From assembly GCA_963740085.1 (NCBI GenBank), contig CAVUCU010000001.1, positions 32,001-96,000 on the forward strand: DNA of 64,000 nt, read 5' to 3'. The notes below the pieces were generated by a model, which saw only the letters and a list, made by a program, of their open reading frames with translations, did no database searches and was not told the DNA's origin. This document shows, piece by piece, positions 11,502-19,858 of this stretch. Origin of the DNA: Nitrospirota bacterium (lineage in GTDB: Bacteria; Nitrospirota; UBA9217). Position numbers and translations under genes: made by a program. Position 1 is the stretch's first letter. Each line of letters begins with the position of its first letter.

Positions 11502-13661
11502 CTACCCTGTCCTGATCCTCTTCACATCAATGACCCCTTTTATCGCCTCGATGTTCTTGATGATCCTGTTCAGATGCTCCACATCCCTTATATCTATGGT
11601 GAAGGTAAGCGTTGCCTGCCGGTCCTCGTTGGTGGTGACCTCGGCATGTGTAATGTTCGCCTCTGCCGCGCTGATGGATGATGAGACGCTGGCAAGGAGG
11701 CCGGGCTTGTCCTTTGTCTGGACCGATATCTTGACCGCGTGAGCCCCGGCCTGCAGGTCTCCCCACGATACTTCCACCAGCCGGTCCTTATCAAAGGTAA
11801 GATCGCCGATGTTCGTACAGTCCACCGTGTGGATGGAGACTCCCCTCCCCCTGGTGATGAACCCGAGTATCTTGTCTCCGGGCACGGGATTGCAGCACTT
11901 GGAAAGATGAATAAGCATGTTGTCCATGCCGTTGATCTTCATGCCCCCGCTGCTGCTGGCGGGCTTTGCCCGTTTAAAGAACGACCTCTTGGGCTTGGGG
12001 GCCGGCTCGATGTGCACCTTGTCCGGAGCAAGTTTGTTGGCCACCTGGAGAGCGGATATCTTGCCGTAGCCGATGGCCGCAAACAGGTCTTCTGTCGTAT
12101 TCTGGGACAGCTCTTTCACGACACCGAGAAGTTCCTCCGATTTGAAGAATTTTGAGGGACTGAGTTCGTGCCTGCGGAGCTCTTTTTCGAGCAATTCCTT
12201 CCCCAGAAGCATGCTGCGCCTTCGCTCCTCGATCTTGAGCCACGCCTTGATCCTTGTCTTGGCCCTTGAGGTCTTGACGAATTTGAGCCAGTCGCGGCTC
12301 GGCGTGTGGCCTGCCTGGGTGGTGACCTCGACCTTGTCGCCGTTGCGAAGCTCGTGTTTAAGCGGCACGATCTTGCCGTTCACCTTGGCGCCAACGCACT
12401 GGTGACCGATATCAGTATGCACGCTGTAAGCAAAGTCCACGGGTGTCGACCCCAGAGGCAGTTCCTTTACGTCCCCGCGAGGCGTAAAAACATAGACCAC
12501 GTCCGGGAACAGGTCGCCCTTGACCGTTTCCATGAACTCCTTGGCGTCCGGGACGTCCTTCTGCCATTCCAGGAGCTGTCTGAGCCAGGCATACTGCTGC
12601 TCATCGCGCTGACTGATGGCTGATTTTTCCTTATACCTCCAGTGCGCGGCAATGCCTTCCTCGGCAAGGCGGTGCATTTCCTCGGTGCGGATCTGGAACT
12701 CGACCCGCTCCCCCTTGGGGCCGATGATCGTGGTATGGAGCGACTGGTAGAGGTTGGACTTGGGCACGCCGATAAAATCCTTGAAGCGTCCCGGAACGGG
12801 GGTCCAGAGCGAATGGATGAGCCCGAGGATAGCGTAGCAATTTACCTTGGTATCGGTGATGATCCTGATCGCGATCAGGTCGTAGATGTCTTCAAAGGCA
12901 ATCCCCTGCTTCTGCATCTTCTGGTAGATGCTGTAAAAGTGCTTGGGCCGGCCCTTTACCTCGCCCTTATACCCGTGCTCCCCGAGCTGCTGTTTCACGA
13001 TCTCGATCAATTCGTTGATATACGACTCGCGCTCGATACGGCGCTGATTGACCTTCTGGACCAGGTCTTCGTAGGCCTCGGGGTTAAGGTACATGAACGA
13101 AAGATCTTCGAGCTCGATCTTGATCCTGGAGATACCCATGCGGTTGGCGAGGGGAGCATAGATATCGAGTGTTTCCTGGGCAATTCGCTTCTGTTTATCC
13201 GGCGGGAGTGATTTGAGGGTGCGCATGTTATGCAGCCGGTCGGCCAATTTGATGAGAATGACCCTGATGTCCTTTGCCATGGCCACGATCATCTTGCGGA
13301 AGTTCTCGGCCTCGCGCTGTTCGCGGCTCTGGAGTTCCATGCGGGAGATCTTTGTCATACCATCCACCAGTCCCGCGACCTCCGCGCCGAACATCTCTTT
13401 GAGTTCTTCAGGTGTGGCAGTGGTGTCTTCGATGGTATCGTGAAGCAGGCCGGCCGCCACCGTGGCCGCATCGAGCTTGAGATTGGCGAGAATTGCGGCC
13501 ACTTCGATAGGATGGTTGAGATAGGACTCTCCCGAGAGACGCGTCTGTCCCTGGTGTACCTTGGCCGAGAAAATATAGGCGCGTCTCAGGAGGTCCACAT
13601 CGGCACCGGGATTGTAGTTTTGGATCCTCTCAACTATATCTTCGAGGCGAACTGAGGGCAT
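11502..13661 (-). CDS. rel: Bifunctional (p)ppGpp synthetase/hydrolase (long RSH)
   Basis: Intact HD (LLHDTIED), KLADRLHNMRTL, YQSLHTT, EFQIRT; TGS, ZFD (KCCNPVPGD) and ACT domains. Confidence 0.97.
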   Translation of the reverse strand: MPSVRLEDIVERIQNYNPGADVDLLRRAYIFSAKVHQGQTRLSGESYLNHPIEVAAILANLKLDAATVAAGLLHDTIEDTTATPEELKEMFGAEVAGLVDGMTKISRMELQSREQREAENFRKMIVAMAKDIRVILIKLADRLHNMRTLKSLPPDKQKRIAQETLDIYAPLANRMGISRIKIELEDLSFMYLNPEAYEDLVQKVNQRRIERESYINELIEIVKQQLGEHGYKGEVKGRPKHFYSIYQKMQKQGIAFEDIYDLIAIRIITDTKVNCYAILGLIHSLWTPVPGRFKDFIGVPKSNLYQSLHTTIIGPKGERVEFQIRTEEMHRLAEEGIAAHWRYKEKSAISQRDEQQYAWLRQLLEWQKDVPDAKEFMETVKGDLFPDVVYVFTPRGDVKELPLGSTPVDFAYSVHTDIGHQCVGAKVNGKIVPLKHELRNGDKVEVTTQAGHTPSRDWLKFVKTSRAKTRIKAWLKIEERRRSMLLGKELLEKELRRHELSPSKFFKSEELLGVVKELSQNTTEDLFAAIGYGKISALQVANKLAPDKVHIEPAPKPKRSFFKRAKPASSSGGMKINGMDNMLIHLSKCCNPVPGDKILGFITRGRGVSIHTVDCTNIGDLTFDKDRLVEVSWGDLQAGAHAVKISVQTKDKPGLLASVSSSISAAEANITHAEVTTNEDRQATLTFTIDIRDVEHLNRIIKNIEAIKGVIDVKRIRTG

Positions 13662-13786
13662 ATGAACACCAAACTCCGAATATCAAGCACTAAATACTAA
13701 ATAAATAACAAAGCGCCATGCACAATAAAATAAACATTTTGGTGATTCGCTCATTGGATTTTGGAATTTATTGAGAATTTAGCGGG

Positions 13787-15586
13787 TTAGGATTTAGACA
13801 TTTCCTTTTCAGTTTTAATGTCCCTTATCTCCAACTCCACCGCTGTTGTTCCATTCCAGGTATTGAGGCGGGGAGTGAACACCGCGGCAAGACGCATTCC
13901 ATCCCATATCTGTTTGCCGAGAAGATGCCCGCGTTTGAAGGCAATCGCGTCGAGCGAAACGCCGCTCTGCTGCCGCAATCGCAGCTTGAGGTGGCCATTG
14001 CCTACGATCCGTGAAGAAACCACACTGAGGGCCCTCGCCCCCAGCCGGGGCTCGGGATTGCCCTGGCCAAAAGGACCCAGTTTTTCAATGTCTTCCATCA
14101 AATCGAGCGTTAACTCATCGAGTGTTACGGCGCCGTCCACGGAGAGCGTACGCACGAACCCTTGAGCACCGATCCGCTCCAGCACAAGGGCGCTCAGCCT
14201 CTCGCGGAACTGCGGGATATTCCCCTGTGCAATGGTAAATCCCGCAGCATACTTGTGTCCGCCGAATCCCATAAGCAGGTCGGAGCACCCGACCAGGCCC
14301 TCGTACAGGTCAAAACCCGGGATGCTCCGTGCCGAACCCTTGCCCATGCCGTCCTGGACGCAGATAAGCGCTGTAGGGCGATAAAATTCTTCGGCTATCC
14401 GTGAGGCAACGATCCCTATGACCCCCGCGTGCCACTTTTCGGATGACAGCACGAGCGCTCCCGCAGCGCCGGTATCGATCGCGCGACAGAGCCCGCGGGC
14501 GTCTTCCCCGATGCCCTCTTCCACGGACTGGCGCTCCCTGTTCACCGCATCGAGCGCCAGGGCCAGTTTCAATGCCTCTTCGCGCGAGCTTGTCGTGAGC
14601 AGGTTTAATGCCGCATCAGCCCTCTCCAGCCTGCCGCTCGCATTGATCCTCGGCGCCAGGGTAAAACCGACAACGCCCACGCCGATCTTCTTGTTATTCA
14701 GCCTTGATACCTGTTTGAGCGCGGCGATCCCCGGCCGCTGGGTTTCCGAGTCCGACGATAGCAGGTCAAGTCCATGCTTGACCAGGATCCGGTTCTCGCC
14801 CGTGATCTTGCCCACGTCGGCGATCGTACCAAGGGTCACGAGGTCGAGATAGGTCGTCAAGCGTTCATCGGTGCTGCTTACACCCAGAAGGGCTTGTGCG
14901 AGCTTGAAGGCAACGCCTACACCGGTCAGTCCGCTTACGAAATCCCGAAGAACAGGCGAAATGTCTGCAGAGAGAAGTCCGGGGTGAAGGACGGCGTAAG
15001 CATCCGGTAAGACAATTTCTAAATTCGGATGCTGTGGAAAATCGTTTCCTTTAGAATTTAGAAATTCGGACTTAGGATTTGTCGTAAACTCGTGGTGATC
15101 GGTGATGATCAGATCAAGGCCGATCGAGAGGGCTGATTCAGCCTCCCGAACAGCAGTAATGCCGCAATCTACGGAAATGACCAGTGTCGTTCCGGCGGTT
15201 TTTAATGTTTTCAGGGCATTTGCATTCAGTCCATACCCCTCGGTCATTCTGTCCGGGATATAGCAGTCCACATTCGCGCCCGATTGCTTAAGCGCCAGGA
15301 ACAGGAGGGCGGCGCCGGTGACGCCATCGACATCGTAGTCCCCGTACACCACGATCTTCTCACTACGCGCGATCGCCGTGCGAATTCGTCCGACGGCTTT
15401 TTCCATCTGGCTGAAGACGCCCGGGTCGGATATCGCCGACAGATCGCAGGCGAGAAAAGAGGATGCATCCGGGGCCCTGGTGATGCCCCGATTGACCATC
15501 AGCCTGGCAATGAGCGGATGCAGGCCTGTTTGTTCAGCGAGCGCGGCCGTAACGCCGTCATCAGACCCGGCAAGGACCCATTTCAT
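13787..15586 (-). CDS. recJ: Single-stranded DNA exonuclease RecJ, with an insertion of about 25 aa after DHH
   Basis: YGDYDVDG, EGYGL, TDHH, LGTIADV, PRINASGRL, GSARS, GGHKYAAG. Confidence 0.97.
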   Translation of the reverse strand: MKWVLAGSDDGVTAALAEQTGLHPLIARLMVNRGITRAPDASSFLACDLSAISDPGVFSQMEKAVGRIRTAIARSEKIVVYGDYDVDGVTGAALLFLALKQSGANVDCYIPDRMTEGYGLNANALKTLKTAGTTLVISVDCGITAVREAESALSIGLDLIITDHHEFTTNPKSEFLNSKGNDFPQHPNLEIVLPDAYAVLHPGLLSADISPVLRDFVSGLTGVGVAFKLAQALLGVSSTDERLTTYLDLVTLGTIADVGKITGENRILVKHGLDLLSSDSETQRPGIAALKQVSRLNNKKIGVGVVGFTLAPRINASGRLERADAALNLLTTSSREEALKLALALDAVNRERQSVEEGIGEDARGLCRAIDTGAAGALVLSSEKWHAGVIGIVASRIAEEFYRPTALICVQDGMGKGSARSIPGFDLYEGLVGCSDLLMGFGGHKYAAGFTIAQGNIPQFRERLSALVLERIGAQGFVRTLSVDGAVTLDELTLDLMEDIEKLGPFGQGNPEPRLGARALSVVSSRIVGNGHLKLRLRQQSGVSLDAIAFKRGHLLGKQIWDGMRLAAVFTPRLNTWNGTTAVELEIRDIKTEKEMSKS

Positions 15587-15607
15587 ATCCGAGAGGACCT
15601 TTGTTGA

Positions 15608-15790
15608 TCAGGATTTGCTTTCTTTTTTCTCTGAATCTTTTGTGTTTTCGCTGGTATCAGAGATACCCTTCTTGAACCCCTTGATGGCCTTTCCGAGCCC
15701 TTCGCCCAGCTGCGGAAGGCGGTTGGCGCCGAAAATAACCAATACGATAACCAATATGACTATCAGCTCCGGCATTCCAAGTCCAAACAT
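15608..15790 (-). CDS. tatA: Twin-arginine translocase TatA/TatE subunit
   Basis: [29 protein letters not shown]; GGAGG RBS. Confidence 0.95.
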   Translation of the reverse strand: MFGLGMPELIVILVIVLVIFGANRLPQLGEGLGKAIKGFKKGISDTSENTKDSEKKESKS

Positions 15791-16353
15791 GTTGCCTCCT
15801 TGTATTCCTCTGGCGTATTAAGATTCTTAAACGACCGCTGATCAGGATCAAAACGGGCGATCTCCGGTCCTGTAACATACCGCACTCGTGCATCACTATA
15901 AATACCCTGGATCTTTCGCGCGTCCCGGCTGAGCCGCTCTTCGATGACCGGCAGCAAACGCCGGTGATAGAACGCATGAAGCGGCTCGAGGTAGCCTGCA
16001 ACCATCGGCGCGACGATGTCATGGCCATTAGCAAGAGTGGCCATATACGCGATCAAACCGGGGTTCAGAAACGGCATGTCGCAGGCAACCACAAAATTAT
16101 AATCGTCCTGGGAATGCAGCAGGCCGGAATAGATGCCCGTGAGCGGTCCCTGCTTTTCAACAGCATCAGTGACCACAACAGCGTCGTACGAAACATACGA
16201 CGCCGGATCGTTGGTCACGATGATGATCCTCGAGAACACACCGCGGAGCGTCCTCAGAACATGCCCGATCAGAGGAATTCCGTCAAGCATGAGGAATGCC
16301 TTGTCCCTGCCCATTCGCCGGCTCTCGCCGCCTGAAAGCACAATACCAGTCAT
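15763..16353 (-). CDS. mobA: Molybdenum cofactor guanylyltransferase
   Basis: [39 protein letters not shown]. Confidence 0.93.
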   Translation of the reverse strand: MTGIVLSGGESRRMGRDKAFLMLDGIPLIGHVLRTLRGVFSRIIIVTNDPASYVSYDAVVVTDAVEKQGPLTGIYSGLLHSQDDYNFVVACDMPFLNPGLIAYMATLANGHDIVAPMVAGYLEPLHAFYHRRLLPVIEERLSRDARKIQGIYSDARVRYVTGPEIARFDPDQRSFKNLNTPEEYKEATCLDLECRS

Positions 16354-16358
16354 GTTTA

Positions 16359-16387
16359 AAATTACAGCATTTACCGGGGCGTGTCAA
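16359..16387 (-). promoter_or_regulatory. Promoter of mobA (leaderless arrangement)
   Basis: TTGACA-17 nt-TAATTT, ATG 5 nt downstream, no SD. Confidence 0.55.
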
Positions 16388-16515
16388 CCACGAAGTGTGT
16401 CGGAGAGAGTATTATTGAATACTAAAGCCGGGATATGGATGCGAGGTGCGCGCCATTCAGCGGGGCCGAGGAAAGGCGTTTTATCGAGATGTCAGGGCTG
16501 ATATTGTTATGTATA

Positions 16516-16610
16516 TGGAGACTGGTTTCGGAATCGGACCGATAGCGAATCTTGCACGGTTGCCCGACAGGTTTGAAGCCTGCGGCCGGCTCCAGACGAC
16601 TGAACCAGTC
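16516..16610 (-). tRNA. Non-canonical tRNA with UCA anticodon, 8/4 acceptor/T fold, U73 and encoded CCA (selC*-like tRNA-Sec mimic, probably Cys-accepting)
   Basis: Manual fold: acceptor GACUGGUU/AACCAGUC + U-CCA; D arm GUCGUC-UGGA-GCCGGC; anticodon arm GCAGG-CUUCAAA-CCUGU; variable region of about 24 nt; T arm UCGG-UCCGAUU-CCGA. Confidence 0.88.
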
Positions 16611-16678
16611 TGATGATAAGCATCCGATGAGAAGTGGTTCTGAATACCGCAATAGTTAATTATGAGGTCACTTCCGAA

Positions 16679-17302
16679 TTATACCCACACGGTCTTTTCA
16701 AAATCCTGCATGCCTTCCACGACGATATTCATGGTGCCCCGGTGGCCGACGGCAAGTTTTGACTCAAGGTTATACTTCGTGAGACAGGTACCGCAGGAAT
16801 ATATCTCCACACCCATCTTTTCCATCTCTTGCAACAACCCTGCAATATCAACATCGGTTGTCGTCAGGTACACACCGGTGTTCAGAAAAAAGATCGTGTG
16901 TGGAAGCTGTTTATATACTTTCATTGTTTCAAAGAAGGCCTTCATCAGGGTCTTACCCAGGTACTCTTCCCTCCCCATGATATCGGACCCGACAATGAGA
17001 AGTAGCGACTTCTTCTGTGCCTCCTCACGTTTGACAGGTCCCATATCGAGGCGTGACTGCGGAGAGGCCTCTGATGACTGGACCTTGCAGTCGTATCCCT
17101 TGACGATTTTTACTCTCCAGTCCCTGCCCTCTTTTTTCGATTCGGCAAACAGCGCGTTCAGGACCGCAAACCCGGCGACATTCAGCGCCGACTCCTCGTT
17201 ATCGACTAGGACCTCGATAATTCCCTCCTTTATCTTTGAAAGCGCCTCCTCGGCCATCATCACCGGCTTGGGACATCCCTGCCCTCGTGCATCTATCTGC
17301 AT
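16679..17302 (-). CDS. yedF: Selenium metabolism protein YedF (TusA/SirA + DsrE domains)
   Basis: IDARGQGCPKPV (TusA motif) fused to LGKTLMKAFF...FLNTGV...SCGTCL (DsrE-like). Confidence 0.9.
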   Translation of the reverse strand: MQIDARGQGCPKPVMMAEEALSKIKEGIIEVLVDNEESALNVAGFAVLNALFAESKKEGRDWRVKIVKGYDCKVQSSEASPQSRLDMGPVKREEAQKKSLLLIVGSDIMGREEYLGKTLMKAFFETMKVYKQLPHTIFFLNTGVYLTTTDVDIAGLLQEMEKMGVEIYSCGTCLTKYNLESKLAVGHRGTMNIVVEGMQDFEKTVWV

Positions 17303-17334
17303 TACTACATGCCTCCTAAATATTATTTCTATTC

Positions 17335-17813
17335 CTATGCAACCGTTCCACTTGTTGCCTCCGCGGCAAACAGCGCGGCGCCCACGGCCCCGACGAGGTC
17401 AGGCGTCGGAGGCACCAGAACGGCTACCTCGAGTTTCTCATGCAGAAGCCGGACCATGGCATGGTTCTTTGCAACACCGCCGGTGAATACGACCGTGTTG
17501 CCGCGTCCGAGACGATGCACATGGCGGCAAGCCGCTCGACGACGGACAGATGGACAGCCCTGCCGATGTCCCGGGGCGATGCGCCGTGGTTCTTGAGAGA
17601 GATCACCTCCGACTCGGCAAAGACCGTACACATGCTGTTCACCTTGATATCCGCGGTCCCCTTCAATGCCTCGTCGCCGAACTCAGAAAGCGGGATTCCC
17701 AGAGACGCAGCCATTATTTCGAGAAACCGCCCCGTGCCCGCAGCGCACTTATCGTTCATCTGGAAATTCACGACCTTGCCGCTCTCGTCAAGAGAAATGA
17801 CCTTCGAATCCTG
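17335..17813 (-). pseudogene. C-terminal half of an acyl-CoA dehydratase activase (HgdC/BadF ASKHA ATPase), 5'-truncated and frameshifted
   Basis: QDSKVI...MNDKCAAGTGRFLE...CTVFAESEVI, frameshift near 17520, then FTGGVAKN...GAVGAAL; N-terminal half absent. Confidence 0.85.
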
Positions 17814-18356
17814 TCAGCCCACGGGCACTTTTTTACATAACCCGGGAAATACCCGCCGTAACATATCATCACTAAGACGACTCTCCAGGGATTCTTCATA
17901 CTCTACAAGCATTCTCCGTTCCTCAAGAATGTCCCGGGGAGTGTCGTCCCCGGCTATATAATTCCCGTGCTCGATCCGGAGCGAGCCCTCCGCTGCGCTC
18001 AAATCGAATTTCATGCCCCGGTTCCGTTCTATCCACCTGAAACAATCATCATGAGTGCCCACATAGAGAAACGCAAGGTAGCCGTCTTTTTTTATGCAAA
18101 CAATGCGATACCCACATCCCAGGTCGATCTTCTTGCAGTTCTTGATCCGGGCTTCGCCTTTTCTGGTAAACCTGAACTTCTCCCGATCGCCCCGCTTGTC
18201 CCGATGCAAAAGGATGTCTATAAACTCATCGACTTTCCTCGCGGCAACAAGGCTTTCCCCACCCTTTGCCCTTAGAGCCTCAAGACATTTATCGAAGAGA
18301 GGCTCGCGGTAAAAAGTGACCGTATGTCCTCTATCTCCCGTGCAGAAATCCACCAT
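17814..18356 (-). CDS. Hypothetical protein, possible RelE/ParE-like fold
   Basis: 180-aa ORF; GYRIV...LYVGTHDDCFRW resembles RelE-like C-terminal strands (inference). Confidence 0.6.
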   Translation of the reverse strand: MVDFCTGDRGHTVTFYREPLFDKCLEALRAKGGESLVAARKVDEFIDILLHRDKRGDREKFRFTRKGEARIKNCKKIDLGCGYRIVCIKKDGYLAFLYVGTHDDCFRWIERNRGMKFDLSAAEGSLRIEHGNYIAGDDTPRDILEERRMLVEYEESLESRLSDDMLRRVFPGLCKKVPVG

Positions 18357-18365
18357 CGTTTCACC

Positions 18366-18857
18366 CTACCGATAACTATGCTGCGCGTTGCACAGCTCAA
18401 GAAATTCAATGAGCTCCTTCCGGATCGCTCTGCCTTTCTGCATGTCATCCGTAGAAAGCAGTTCCAGGAACAAGTCTCCTCCCTCAAGCACGATGGAATA
18501 ACGGGTGATCCCGTATCCTTCTTCGACAGTAAGGTTCTTTTCGATCAGGTTAACGTTATCAAACATCCCGAGCTGGAATGTCTTCTGTTTTTTGAAGAAA
18601 GAGAACCCTCCTGTCTTCTTTACCGTGCCGTCTCTGCGGTTGATCTCTATAACCGTGCCTGTCAGTCTCGATACTACAACGACGATAATGGCAGCTACAC
18701 TGAGAATTACAGGCCAGGGTGGTTCAACACTTCGACTGAACGCGATCATTAGAAGGAATGAAATCGCGAGTACGCCCAAAGCCACACAGAAAAGTTTCGT
18801 TCCTGGCTCATCCCTGTATGACCAGATGTTTTCCTGCGTAGTAAAATCCATAGCCAT
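18366..18857 (-). CDS. Hypothetical membrane protein (two TM segments)
   Basis: Two hydrophobic segments then a soluble domain; start uncertain (ORF track extends to 18935, overlapping the rhodanese gene). Confidence 0.55.
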   Translation of the reverse strand: MAMDFTTQENIWSYRDEPGTKLFCVALGVLAISFLLMIAFSRSVEPPWPVILSVAAIIVVVVSRLTGTVIEINRRDGTVKKTGGFSFFKKQKTFQLGMFDNVNLIEKNLTVEEGYGITRYSIVLEGGDLFLELLSTDDMQKGRAIRKELIEFLELCNAQHSYR

Positions 18858-18901
18858 GAAGTATTGGGCGCTATTTTGCTGCATCCCGTCTTTACCGCAC
18901 T

Positions 18902-19654
18902 TTACTGCACAACCGGCATCTTCGCCTCTTTCCATTCCGCAAAAAGTGCCTGGGCAATAGAGGGATAGGCGAGTTTCATGAGCTTTCGGTAGGCCATGTA
19001 GCTCCTTCCTCCGGTATTGCAGTAAACGATGATCTTCTTCTCTTTCGGCAGAACCTCAGACTTCAGAGCAAAACTCTCCGCGGGGATGTTGATCGCCGAA
19101 GGGATGTGCCCTTCCTTATATTCCGACTCATCCCGCACGTCCACAATAACGAAGTCCCTGTTGCCGCTATCGATCAGCTTCTTAAGATCAGAAGGACTGA
19201 CCTTTGTGGTTTCGATCTTTTTTGCATAATCGGGGCCGGGAACGATCGCATTGCCCTTCTCCTCCCACACAGGGAATCCATCAGCGTAAATGAGAATATT
19301 CTTGTATCCCATCGCGTCCGCTTTTTTTGCAGCTTTCCTGCTCTTACCGCATTTCACGCCGTTGCAGTAGAAGACCATCTGATGGTTCTTGTCCGAAGGG
19401 AGAAGTGAGGTGGATTCTTCCATGCTCTTTTCGGGGATACTCAGGGCGCCCGCGATATGGGCCTCCTGATATTCTTCCCTGGTTCTCGCGTCGATGAGCA
19501 TAAAGTCTTTTTTCTCATCCATCATTGCCTTGAGCTGGTCGGTCGTAACGACCTTGAACTCGATTTCCGCTCCGTGAGCGGATGAGAGCGCAGCTGCTAT
19601 CAGCAGAATTCCCGCGAAGAATAAAACATGCATGATCCTTCTCGTTCTGGGCAT
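18902..19654 (-). CDS. Exported tandem rhodanese-domain protein
   Basis: Signal peptide; two domains IDART...HIAGA...YCNGVKCGKS and VDVRD...HIPSAINIP...YCNTGGRS; AGGAGG RBS. Confidence 0.92.
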   Translation of the reverse strand: MPRTRRIMHVLFFAGILLIAAALSSAHGAEIEFKVVTTDQLKAMMDEKKDFMLIDARTREEYQEAHIAGALSIPEKSMEESTSLLPSDKNHQMVFYCNGVKCGKSRKAAKKADAMGYKNILIYADGFPVWEEKGNAIVPGPDYAKKIETTKVSPSDLKKLIDSGNRDFVIVDVRDESEYKEGHIPSAINIPAESFALKSEVLPKEKKIIVYCNTGGRSYMAYRKLMKLAYPSIAQALFAEWKEAKMPVVQ

Positions 19655-19795
19655 CGAATCCTCCTTATATGATTAACTGAGATCGTTTAGTCGGGGTAAA
19701 AAGGTGCGATCAACCTGATTTTACAGACCAGGAAGGGCACCTCTCTATTCCCAATTAGTAGGACATACTGTATCTAAAGTTTTAAAGCTTGTACA

Positions 19796-19810
19796 ATAGT
19801 TAATATCTAT
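19796..19810. promoter_or_regulatory. Putative LysR operator (ATAG-N7-CTAT, T-N11-A)
   Basis: ATAGTTAATATCTAT between the LysR gene and the rhodanese-yedF-tRNA genes. Confidence 0.55.
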
Positions 19811-19858
19811 GGCAGGGACAAGTGGCATAGGTCCGGCCTTATATCGGACAGGAAGGGA

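Noticed and set aside
16400-16515. Integrative element at the tRNA 3' end
   Set aside because: No integrase and no duplicated tRNA 3' fragment was noticed in the window.
16516-16610. Canonical tRNA-Sec (selC), or evidence for UGA reassignment (code 4/25)
   Set aside because: The 8/4 fold and U73 do not fit canonical bacterial tRNA-Sec (8/5, G73). UGA ends many genes here, including ATGA overlaps at 25871, 27664 and 29366, and long conserved genes have no in-frame UGA.
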